Positions 34,956-42,436 of a stretch of DNA of 42,436 nt are shown here, in pieces. The notes below the pieces were generated by a model. It did no database searches. It saw only the letters and a list, made by a program, of their open reading frames with translations, and was not told the DNA's origin. This DNA comes from an uncultured Spirochaetales bacterium (GTDB lineage: Bacteria > Myxococcota_A > UBA9160 > PR03): contig CAZTOE010000004.1 of the NCBI GenBank assembly GCA_964615045.1, positions 1-42,436 of the forward strand, given 5' to 3'. Positions within the stretch are counted from its first letter, which is position 1. Each line of letters opens with the position of its first letter. A program made the translations under genes and the position numbers.

Positions 34956-37256
34956 CTATGCACCTTCCCGGCCGAGCCGAAGGTCGACCGAAGTGCGCAA
35001 CAGCTCGTCGGCGATCTCGGCCCGCGATCGCGCGGCGCCCAGCGGACGCCCTGCGCCGGGGAGGTCCGACCAGATCGCCGTCCGGATGCTTTCCGGGAGC
35101 GTCGCCTGGAGATACTCGAGCGCTGTCCCGCGCAGGTGGGCGTCCTCGCTGTAGAGCGAGCGCAGCGTGGCGGCCATCAGGTCGGGGCCGAGCCCGAGGG
35201 CGAGGACCGTGAACACATGCTCGATCCGCCGATCGACGCGCGCAGCCTCGAAGCGATCCAAAAGAACAGGATCCTCCCGGGTCCCTCGAGTGCGCGGAAA
35301 TCCCGCCGAGCCGCTCATCGCGAGCTGTCGCTCGAGCAGCGCGTAGACACGGTCTTGTGGCAACCGGAGCGAGGCGTCCCTGCTGACCAAGCGGGCCGCG
35401 CCGCGCGCGCACGCAATGCGGACTTCGGCGTCCGGATCGTCAAGGCCGAGGACGAGTCCCTCGAGACTCCGCGCACTCGTCTCGAGTTCGAGGACCCTCG
35501 GCAGCGCGCGTCTCACGTCGAGAGACTGGGTGCGATCGACGAGACAATCGGTCAACTGTCCGATCGCCGTGGCGCCGAGACTCCGCACGAAGCGGAGCAC
35601 TTCGTCTTCCAACGAACGCCGGCCCAGCAAAGGGATCACGAACGGCACCAACCTCGAATCTCCGCGGGCCGCCTGGAGGGCGTTGCGGGTGCGTTCGAGA
35701 TCGGTCGATGCCACTGCCTCGATGCGTGCGAAGAATTCCCGACGCTCGACAGAGGCGGCGGCCAACGCCCCCGCGTTGGGCGTCGCCGCGGCATCGGCGG
35801 CGCGCTCGGCCGCCTGCCGTTCCTCGACGGCGCGGATCTGCTCGAGCAGTTCACCGCGGTCGATGCTGGTTCGTTCCGACCAGAGCGTCCGCGTGGTGAG
35901 GGCGTCGAGAGTTTCGCCTTCGTCGTCGAGGGCGACGACCCCGGCGCGGAGGTTGTCCGCGAGCTGCGTGACGTAGCCGCGCTGCAGCCTCACCAGCAGC
36001 AGCATCCCGACCGCCGCGGCGAGGCCCGCCGCGGTGAGGACCCACTCGAGGGGAAGCACCGGCAGCAGCGCCAATGAGGTCAGCACGAGCGCCGACCCCG
36101 TCATCTCGCCCAACCGGGTGGCACCGATATCGATATAGGCCTTGGTCGGTCGTTTCTGCTCTGCAGTGAGCGGCGTGTAGAGGAGCTCGAAACCGGTCGA
36201 GAAGGTCGAGGCGTTCGAGACCAGGTCTGCCGCGCGCGCCAACACGACGGTCCAGAAGCGCGCCAGCGCGACGGCCAGGACGGCGGCGAGGAAGACGGAG
36301 ACGGGGCGCAGCGCCATGGCCCAAGCCAGTCCAAAACGCCGCAGCAAAGGCCCGGCCAGAGAGGCCTGGAGCACAAACGCCAGCCCGTTCACGGAGACCT
36401 CGAAGAGGGCGAAGAAGCGGATCAGCGAGGGACCGTCCGCGAACACCCCGGAAGCGGCGGCCTTGAAGGAGTACTCGACGAGCGAGTTCATGACCGCGAG
36501 GACGACCATGAGTCCCGCCATCGACCGCAACAGCGGGACGCGGCGGAGCACCGCGAGTCCGGACTCGGCCGACGCCTCGAATGGCCGGCGCCCCGCCGAG
36601 ACCGATCGGGGTGCGCCCACCGCACGCACACCAAAGGCGCAAACGACGTGGAACGCTGCGAGCACACCCAATACGGCCGGTACGCCGAGAAGGACACCGA
36701 CGCGCTCCGCTGTGAGCCCGCCGACAACCCCTCCGAGCGCGGCGAAGGCACCGGCGCGCGCCAGCACCGTTTTGCCGCTGTAGGGGTCGAAGCGTTCGCT
36801 CAAGACCGACCAGAAGCCACTCAGGAGAGCCACCCCCAGCGCCCCCGGGTGGAGATAGAGCAAGACCGCAGCCAACCGCGGCGCGGCCCCGAGCAAGGCC
36901 CATTCCACCAGAAACAAGACGGCGCTTATTCCAAAGGCCGGGGGGATGAAGCGCGCCGGTGCGAGGCGACCCAAGCCCCGCGAGAACAAGGCCGCGGTTC
37001 CCAGCGAGAGCGCGGCCGAGGAGAACATCATCGCCGGGAGCGTCTCCACCGCGAAGGTGGAGAGATAGAGGGCGTCCCGGGTCGCCCGGGCGCCGACCTG
37101 GGCGGCCATAATTGCGAGCGCCGATCCGAAGGCGAAAAGCGGCGCCGCGTCCTCGCCGGCCAGCCGTTTCAACAAGTAGTCAACTCTACCGCGGGTCCCG
37201 CGAGAAGCCCGAGCCAAACAGGGTCGGCGAGCTCCGGTAGCCGGGGCGGGCGCCAC
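34956..37256 (-). CDS. fusion: polytopic transporter-like domain (MFS / TLC ATP:ADP-antiporter-like, about 12 TM) plus C-terminal HEAT-repeat domain
   Basis: 766 aa, GTG start. The first roughly 430 aa are hydrophobic. The C-terminal roughly 300 aa are helical, with HEAT-like repeats (e.g. LGLDDPDAEVRIACARGAARL). The family assignment for the transporter half is tentative. Confidence 0.6.
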   Translation of the reverse strand: MAPAPATGARRPCLARASRGTRGRVDYLLKRLAGEDAAPLFAFGSALAIMAAQVGARATRDALYLSTFAVETLPAMMFSSAALSLGTAALFSRGLGRLAPARFIPPAFGISAVLFLVEWALLGAAPRLAAVLLYLHPGALGVALLSGFWSVLSERFDPYSGKTVLARAGAFAALGGVVGGLTAERVGVLLGVPAVLGVLAAFHVVCAFGVRAVGAPRSVSAGRRPFEASAESGLAVLRRVPLLRSMAGLMVVLAVMNSLVEYSFKAAASGVFADGPSLIRFFALFEVSVNGLAFVLQASLAGPLLRRFGLAWAMALRPVSVFLAAVLAVALARFWTVVLARAADLVSNASTFSTGFELLYTPLTAEQKRPTKAYIDIGATRLGEMTGSALVLTSLALLPVLPLEWVLTAAGLAAAVGMLLLVRLQRGYVTQLADNLRAGVVALDDEGETLDALTTRTLWSERTSIDRGELLEQIRAVEERQAAERAADAAATPNAGALAAASVERREFFARIEAVASTDLERTRNALQAARGDSRLVPFVIPLLGRRSLEDEVLRFVRSLGATAIGQLTDCLVDRTQSLDVRRALPRVLELETSARSLEGLVLGLDDPDAEVRIACARGAARLVSRDASLRLPQDRVYALLERQLAMSGSAGFPRTRGTREDPVLLDRFEAARVDRRIEHVFTVLALGLGPDLMAATLRSLYSEDAHLRGTALEYLQATLPESIRTAIWSDLPGAGRPLGAARSRAEIADELLRTSVDLRLGREGA

Positions 37257-37318
37257 GCTAAGCTAGGACGCCGGATCAGCCGGGGCGGGCCCTGGTGGGC
37301 ATCCGGGAGGAGGGAAGT

Positions 37319-38233
37319 ATGGCCGCTGGCACCGCTGCCGGAGAGACGGGTGCCGGTCCCGATCCGGACGAACTCCTGGCGCTCTACGACATCGCCCCGG
37401 GTGATCTCGAGCGAGTCCGCCGCTGCGGCGAGTCGCTGCTCCAACGCCTCGACGAGCACATCGACGCCTTCTATGCGTGGCTCGAACGCCAGCCTTTCTT
37501 CGGGGATTTCTTTGCGGACCCCGAAACGCTCGGACGCGTCAAGGATCTGCAGGACGGCTACTGGCGCGTCTTCTTCTCGGGCCGGGTTGACGACGGATAC
37601 CTGCTCTCGCGCCGCACCATCGGCGCCACCCACGCCCGCATCGGCCTGCCCCCGCAGGCCTACCTCTCGGCGATGAACACGATCGAGAACATTTTCGCAG
37701 ACGCGATGGCCAAGGCCGGCCGCGAACCCACCGAGCTGGCCGAGGGCCTCCGTTCGGTGGGCAAGCTCTTGCGGCTCGACACGACGGTCATCATCGAAGA
37801 GTTCATGCGGATCACGGGTGAGATCATCGGCCAACAGAGCAAGGCGCTGATGGAGATGTCGACGCCGGTCACGGCGATCTGGCAGGACATCCTGATGCTC
37901 CCGATCGTGGGCTTGATCGATTCCCAGCGCTCGATGGACATCATGAACGCGATGCTGACCAAGATCGCCGAGACGCGTTCGCGGGTCATCATCCTCGATA
38001 TCAGCGGCGTCGGGGTCGTCGATACCGGCGTCGCCAACCATTTGATCAAGATCACCAAGGCCACCAAATTGATGGGCTGCGAGTGCACCATTTCCGGGGT
38101 CTCGCCCGCGATCGCACAGACCATCGTGGAGCTGGGGATCGACGTGGGGGATATCAAGACCAACGCGACGCTACGCGATGCGCTCGAGGACGCGTTCCGA
38201 ACCACCGGCATCGATCTGCGGCGCTCGGATTGA
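37319..38233 (+). CDS. rsbR: RsbR-like stressosome sensor: N-terminal sensor-globin (protoglobin-like) domain plus C-terminal STAS domain
   Basis: The track ORF was trimmed to ATG 37319 (SD GGGAGGAGGGA). Globin-coupled-sensor pattern IDAFYAWL..DGYWRVFF..RRTIGATHARIGLPPQAYL (candidate proximal His). STAS block TPVTAIWQDILMLPIVGLIDSQRS..VIILDISGVGVVDTGVANHLIK..GVSPAIAQTIVELGID. Confidence 0.8.
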   Translation: MAAGTAAGETGAGPDPDELLALYDIAPGDLERVRRCGESLLQRLDEHIDAFYAWLERQPFFGDFFADPETLGRVKDLQDGYWRVFFSGRVDDGYLLSRRTIGATHARIGLPPQAYLSAMNTIENIFADAMAKAGREPTELAEGLRSVGKLLRLDTTVIIEEFMRITGEIIGQQSKALMEMSTPVTAIWQDILMLPIVGLIDSQRSMDIMNAMLTKIAETRSRVIILDISGVGVVDTGVANHLIKITKATKLMGCECTISGVSPAIAQTIVELGIDVGDIKTNATLRDALEDAFRTTGIDLRRSD

Positions 38234-38246
38234 CACCCCCGCGCCC

Positions 38247-38690
38247 ATGGAAACGGACGTCCCCCGCGTACCGATCCAGCTCACTCACGGCTGTCTCATC
38301 GCATCGATCCAGCTCGAGCTCGATGAGGAGATCCTGGCGCAGTTTCGCCGCGAGCTTCTGGCGCGCATCCAGGCCGACGCACCGACGGGAGTGATCCTCG
38401 ATCTCTCCGGGGTGGAGCTGATGGACGTCGAGGACTTCGAGGCGCTGCGCGGCTGCGCTGCCATGGCGCGGGTGATGGGCACGCGGTCCATCGTCGTCGG
38501 GCTCCAACCCGGCGTGGTCTCAGCGCTGGTCGATCTCGACGTCGACACGGAGGGGATCGAGGCAAAGCTCGACCTCGAGGAGGCCTTCCGCGCCCTCCAA
38601 CCCGAACCCGCCCCCCCCGAAGCGGTGCCGGCAGATGACCGCGGGGACGGGGCCAGCCCCAACTCCGAGGGGTCGGGAGACGAGCCGTGA
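38247..38690 (+). CDS. rsbS: RsbS-like single STAS-domain stressosome scaffold protein
   Basis: ATG 38247, 13 nt after the rsbR stop. VPIQLTHGCLIASIQ..GVILDLSGVELMDVEDFEAL..GLQPGVVSALVDL, with the conserved phosphorylatable Ser context DLSGV. Confidence 0.8.
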   Translation: METDVPRVPIQLTHGCLIASIQLELDEEILAQFRRELLARIQADAPTGVILDLSGVELMDVEDFEALRGCAAMARVMGTRSIVVGLQPGVVSALVDLDVDTEGIEAKLDLEEAFRALQPEPAPPEAVPADDRGDGASPNSEGSGDEP

Positions 38691-39091
38691 GCGAAGCGGC
38701 GGGCGTGCGAATCGCCATCTCCGATGAGGGTGGCCTCAAGCGGGCGATCCTCGAGACCAGCCGGCTCTGCGACGAGCTGGATTTCCGCTCCGATCTCAAG
38801 AGCCGGGCGACCACCTCGGTCTCCGAACTCGCGCGCAACATCCTCAAGTACGCTGGCCGGGGCGAGATCCGGCTACGCCGGATCGGTGAAAGCCAACGAC
38901 CGGGGGTCGAGGTCACAGCCTCCGACCGCGGTCCCGGCATCGAGAGCCTCGAGCGGGCACTCGAGGACCACTACAGCTCCTCTGGCACCCTGGGGCTGGG
39001 GCTTCCGGGTGTCCGACGCATGATGGACGACTTCGCAATCGAATCGACCCCGGGCGCTGGAACCCGGGTCTGCGCGGTGCTGTGGCGCTAG
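38687..39091 (+). CDS. rsbT: RsbT-like serine kinase (GHKL/HATPase_c_2, anti-sigma-regulatory-factor type)
   Basis: GTG 38687 overlaps the rsbS stop (GTGA). 134 aa. N-box region SELARNILKYA, and G-boxes DRGPGI and GLGLPGVRRMMD. Confidence 0.8.
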   Translation: MSEAAGVRIAISDEGGLKRAILETSRLCDELDFRSDLKSRATTSVSELARNILKYAGRGEIRLRRIGESQRPGVEVTASDRGPGIESLERALEDHYSSSGTLGLGLPGVRRMMDDFAIESTPGAGTRVCAVLWR

Positions 39092-39681
39092 TGGTGCCTC
39101 GCTTGGAGCACGGCAGCCGGGTGAGACCGTGTTTTGGGGAGGCGCGCAGCGGCGACGCGATCTTTTACCAGGATCTCGAAGCGGGGGGGGTCTTCGCCGC
39201 GGTGATCGATGCATTGGGACACGGCCCGCGCGCCCACGAGACCGCCCAACGCGCGATCGCCTTCCTGCGCGGCGCCGCGGCGCCCGAGGTCGCGGTGGTG
39301 ATGTGCCAACTCGACGCGCACCTCAAGGGTTCGGTGGGTGCCGCCGCAGGGCTTTGTTTCGTCGACCCGGCGACCGGGGCGGTACGCTATGCGGGGGTGG
39401 GCAATACCGTGATTCGCCGCTTCGGATCGAGCGACACTCGCCTGGTGTCGCGCGACGGGCTTTTGGGCAACCTGAGGGGGAAGCCGAGGGAAGAAACCAT
39501 GACGCTCCGTGAGGGCGATGTCGTACTCCTCTACACGGACGGGGTGCGCGCGCATTTCTGCGCCACGGAGTATCCCGAGCTTCTCGGTCACGCTACCTCG
39601 ACGATCGCCGCCCAGGTCGTGCGGCGCTTTGGAAGACAACACGATGACGCGGGTTGCCTCGCGCTGAAGTATCGGGCGTAA
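39082..39681 (+). CDS. rsbX: RsbX-like PP2C/SpoIIE-family phosphatase
   Basis: 199 aa. The start overlaps the rsbT stop (GTG 39082; in-frame GTGs also at 39091 and 39094). GDAIFY..AVIDALGHG..LLYTDGV..DDAG is the minimal PP2C metal-binding pattern seen in RsbX. Confidence 0.7.
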   Translation: MALVVPRLEHGSRVRPCFGEARSGDAIFYQDLEAGGVFAAVIDALGHGPRAHETAQRAIAFLRGAAAPEVAVVMCQLDAHLKGSVGAAAGLCFVDPATGAVRYAGVGNTVIRRFGSSDTRLVSRDGLLGNLRGKPREETMTLREGDVVLLYTDGVRAHFCATEYPELLGHATSTIAAQVVRRFGRQHDDAGCLALKYRA

Positions 39682-41618
39682 TCGCATTGATCGAGTTGGG
39701 AACCATCGGACTCGAAGGGGGGCGCGCCTCCGTGCTGACGGCACGCCGGCGGCTCCGCAATCTGGCGGGGGCGCTCGGGTTCGATCCAGTCAGGGCGACG
39801 CGCCTCGGCACGATCGCGTCGGAAGCGGGCAGGCTTCTGCTCCGCCACGGCGAGCGACCACGGATCTCCGTAGCGCTGCTCCCGGAGGACGGAAGGCACG
39901 CCCTCGTGATCCGCTTCGAGGGCTGGCTCCGGCCCCCGGATACCCGGTTGCTCGAGCGCTTCTTCGACGCCGTGCGTCTCGAGTCCGGGGAAGGCGAAAC
40001 GCGGGTGATCGCCTCGGCCGAACTCCGCGAAGTCTCGGTGCGCCTCGACGAGGCGTTCCTGAACGCACAACGCGAACGACTGCGCGAACGCTCCCGCGAC
40101 GAATTGATGCGCGAGATCCAGGGGCAAAACGCCGAGCTCGAGCGCCATCGCCATCAACTCGAAGATCTCATCGACGAGCGGACGACGGAGCTGCAGGAAG
40201 CGCAGAAGGTGGCCGAGCAGGCGAACCGCGCCAAGAGCCAGTTTCTCTCCAGCATGAGCCACGAGCTCCGCACGCCGCTCAACGGGGTACTTGGCTACAC
40301 GCAGCTGCTCCAGCAGGACGCGGCGCTCTCGCGCGAGCAACGCGACAGCCTAAACGCCATCGAGAACTGCGGACGCCACCTGCTCACCCTGATCAACGAC
40401 GTGCTGGACCTCTCGAAGATCGAGGCCGGCCGCCTCGAGCTTCGGCCGGCTCCGTGCGACCTCGAGAAACTACTGCGGAGCGTATTCGACATCGTGCGGC
40501 CGCGGGCGGAAGCGGCGGGCCTCGCCTTCGAGCTGGAGATGGATTCGGGACTGCCGCGGGGCGTCGAAACCGACGACACCAAAGTCAAACAGGTTCTGCT
40601 CAATCTGCTGGGCAACTCGGTCAAGTTCACGGAAACGGGCCGGGTGTGCCTTCGCGCGAGTGTGCAGAGCGCGTCGCTTTGCTTCGAGATCGAGGACACC
40701 GGGATCGGCATGACCCCCGAAGAGCTCGCCCAAGTATTCGATCCCTTCAAACAGGCAGAGGGAGGCCACCGTCAGGGGGGCACCGGCCTGGGGCTCGCGA
40801 TCAGTCGCCGCATCGTGGAGGCGCTGGGCGGCCACATCGACGTCCGCAGCGAGAAAGGCACCGGGACGCTGTTCGTGGTCGATCTTCCGCTCGTCGAGGT
40901 GCCGCTCGAAGCGACGGGGATGGGAGACGATGTGTCGCTCTCCGGAACCTGGGACCTGCGGCTGGCACCAGGCCAAGCCGTGCCGATTCTCGTCGCCGAC
41001 GACAACGAGGTAAATCGCGACATCCTGCTGCGGATGCTGGAAAGCGTGGGGTTCCAGACCCTTGCGGCCCGCGACGGGGTGGAGGCCCTCGAGCAGATCG
41101 AGGCGCACCGACCCCCGCTCGCACTCCTCGATATTCGCATGCCGCGCATGGGCGGCATCGAGGTAGCCCGCAAGGTTCGCAGCGCTGCGGAGATCTCGAA
41201 GATGCGCCTGGTGGCGGTCTCGGCGGACGTGCTGGCAGACCGGGAGGAAGAGATTCAGGAGGCGGGATTCGACGACTTCGTGAAAAAGCCGGTGCGCGCG
41301 GGGGAGTTGTTTCGCGCGCTCGAGCGACTCCTCGATGCGGAGTTCACCGTCACCGCCTCCGAGTCCGCCAAAGGCTCGGCCGCCGCGGCGCTCCCGCGCG
41401 AAGAAGCTGCGGAGGCGATCGCAGGCGAAGTGCTCGATCGGATTCGAGACGCCACGGCGATAGGCGATGTGACCGCGCTCTCCGCGATCGCGGCAGAGCT
41501 CCAGGGAGCGGGCGGTGCGAACGCCGCAGTCGGTGCCGAGCTCGACCGCATGGCACGCGCCTTCGAGCTCGAGGGCATCGAGAAGCTGGTGGCACGCCTC
41601 GCAGCAGCGGTGGAATAG
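39654..41618 (+). CDS. cytoplasmic hybrid sensor histidine kinase: unassigned N-domain, coiled coil, HisKA, HATPase, receiver, and a C-terminal Hpt-like helical tail without His
   Basis: 654 aa. Start TTG 39654, or in-frame TTG 39687/39696 just after the rsbX stop. H-box SMSHELRTPLNG, N-box LLNLLGNSVKFT, G-boxes EDTGIGM and GGTGLGLAIS. Receiver ILVADDNEVN..ALLDIRMPRMGG..VAVSAD..KP. No TM segment. Confidence 0.85.
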   Translation: MPRAEVSGVIALIELGTIGLEGGRASVLTARRRLRNLAGALGFDPVRATRLGTIASEAGRLLLRHGERPRISVALLPEDGRHALVIRFEGWLRPPDTRLLERFFDAVRLESGEGETRVIASAELREVSVRLDEAFLNAQRERLRERSRDELMREIQGQNAELERHRHQLEDLIDERTTELQEAQKVAEQANRAKSQFLSSMSHELRTPLNGVLGYTQLLQQDAALSREQRDSLNAIENCGRHLLTLINDVLDLSKIEAGRLELRPAPCDLEKLLRSVFDIVRPRAEAAGLAFELEMDSGLPRGVETDDTKVKQVLLNLLGNSVKFTETGRVCLRASVQSASLCFEIEDTGIGMTPEELAQVFDPFKQAEGGHRQGGTGLGLAISRRIVEALGGHIDVRSEKGTGTLFVVDLPLVEVPLEATGMGDDVSLSGTWDLRLAPGQAVPILVADDNEVNRDILLRMLESVGFQTLAARDGVEALEQIEAHRPPLALLDIRMPRMGGIEVARKVRSAAEISKMRLVAVSADVLADREEEIQEAGFDDFVKKPVRAGELFRALERLLDAEFTVTASESAKGSAAAALPREEAAEAIAGEVLDRIRDATAIGDVTALSAIAAELQGAGGANAAVGAELDRMARAFELEGIEKLVARLAAAVE

Positions 41619-41630
41619 GGAGAGCGACGG

Positions 41631-42436
41631 ATGGCGGAGGAAGTGGTTCGAGCGGCGCAGACCGGCGAATGGGAGCCGGTCGTGCTCCTGGTCGACGACA
41701 CACCGACCAATCTGCAGGTGCTCTTCAAGACCCTGGGCGGCAGGGGCTACAAACTCCTGGTCGCCAAGGACGGAGAGAGCGCGCTTGAGATCGCGTCGAA
41801 GGCTCGCCCCGCACTGATTCTGCTCGACATCATGATGCCGGGGATCGATGGCTACGAAACCTGTCGACGGCTCAAGGAGCGGCCCGAGACCGCGGACGCC
41901 GCGATCATCTTCTGCTCGGCGCTCGGCGAGGCCTCCGACAAGGTCAAGGGCTTCGAACTCGGCGCGGTCGACTACGTGGCCAAGCCCTACGAAGCGTCGG
42001 AGGTCGTGGCCCGCGTTCAGACCCACCTCACCATCCAGCGGCTCCAAACCGATCTTCTGGCCCGCAATCACGAGCTCGAACGGCAGCTGCGCGTCTCCCA
42101 AGAGCTCGTGCACGATGCCGGAAGCCGCGTCGAGGGTCCGCTGCTCGGCGAAAGTGCGGCGGTGCGCGGGCTCCGCGCCGAGGTCGAGGCGAGCGGCGCC
42201 GACGCCCGGCCCGCGCTCTTGCTCGGGCCAGCGGGTGCCGGACGCGAGGCGGTCGCGCGCGCCATCCACGCCGCATCGCCACGGGGCCATCGCGCCTTCA
42301 TCCACGTAAACTGCATGGCTCTCGGAGGCGACGGGGGGGCCACCCTGTTCGGCATCCGGGGATCGTTGCTCGGGCTCGGGAGCGAGCGCAAGCCGGGAAA
42401 GTGCGACAGCACCAACGACCCGAACCCGACCATGGT
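41631..42436 (+). CDS. response regulator with receiver domain plus NtrC/sigma-54-activator-like AAA+ domain (degenerate motifs); 3' end beyond the right edge
   Basis: Absent from the ORF track because it runs off the edge. ATG 41631 after GGGAGAG. My translation: MAEEVVRAAQTGEWEPVVLLVDDTPTNLQV..LILLDIMMPGIDGYE..AVDYVAKPY.. then LLGESAAVRGLRAEVE..LLLGPAGAGREAVARAIHAASPRGHRAFIHVNC..LFGIRGSLLGLGSERKPG. Confidence 0.75.
   Translation, partial: MAEEVVRAAQTGEWEPVVLLVDDTPTNLQVLFKTLGGRGYKLLVAKDGESALEIASKARPALILLDIMMPGIDGYETCRRLKERPETADAAIIFCSALGEASDKVKGFELGAVDYVAKPYEASEVVARVQTHLTIQRLQTDLLARNHELERQLRVSQELVHDAGSRVEGPLLGESAAVRGLRAEVEASGADARPALLLGPAGAGREAVARAIHAASPRGHRAFIHVNCMALGGDGGATLFGIRGSLLGLGSERKPGKCDSTNDPNPTM

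Noticed and set aside
1-42436. Searched by eye for CRISPR arrays, tRNA/rRNA genes, IS elements, integrases, toxin-antitoxin pairs, restriction or other defence genes
   Set aside because: None found. Intergenic regions are short and contain no cloverleaf-like or spaced-repeat structure, and no ORF shows transposase, integrase, nuclease or helicase signatures. The window therefore does not look like a mobile or defence island.

Overview
Visibly GC-rich, gene-dense chromosomal DNA (third codon positions are almost all G/C). I support 43 protein-coding genes or gene remnants on both strands and three small non-coding elements. I found no rRNA, tRNA, CRISPR array, transposase, integrase or phage gene. 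Because of the GC bias, almost every real gene is shadowed by long Arg/Ala/Pro-rich antisense ORFs in the supplied track. I kept only ORFs with family signatures I can read by eye, or with clear membrane or signal-peptide character, and trimmed many to internal starts that have Shine-Dalgarno (SD) support. Left to right: acyl-CoA carboxyltransferase (partial), acyl-CoA dehydrogenase, hydrolase and TauD-type dioxygenase; a small 4-TM protein with a C-terminally degenerate class III cyclase; formamidase and amidase; then a divergent operon pair. One arm of the pair encodes a membrane protein, a SnoaL-like protein and a Rieske-domain::TPP-enzyme fusion. The other encodes a two-subunit Rieske ring-hydroxylating oxygenase, an SDR, a DHDPS-like aldolase and an ornithine-cyclodeaminase-like enzyme. 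Next come UbiE, three PEP-CTERM cargo proteins, and a stress/redox stretch (USP, GGT, IorAB-type molybdoenzyme, NUDIX, Hsp20, GST, LLM oxidoreductase, quinone oxidoreductase). Then follow a methyltransferase, DUF1622 plus UPF0182 membrane proteins, a phosphoribosyltransferase and a transporter-HEAT fusion. At the right edge is a complete stressosome module (globin-type RsbR, RsbS, RsbT, RsbX) followed by a hybrid histidine kinase and a partial NtrC-like regulator. Most of the window is ordinary accessory metabolism, and I see no defence island or mobile element. Four things seem most worth follow-up. (1) The Rieske::TPP fusion sits next to a Rieske oxygenase that has no ferredoxin or reductase gene in the window. 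(2) The stressosome output proteins carry several degenerate catalytic motifs. (3) A 12-bp tandem repeat array lies in a divergent promoter region. (4) Several genes have damaged or unterminated 3' ends. All functional calls rest on motif recognition by eye; no database search was run.
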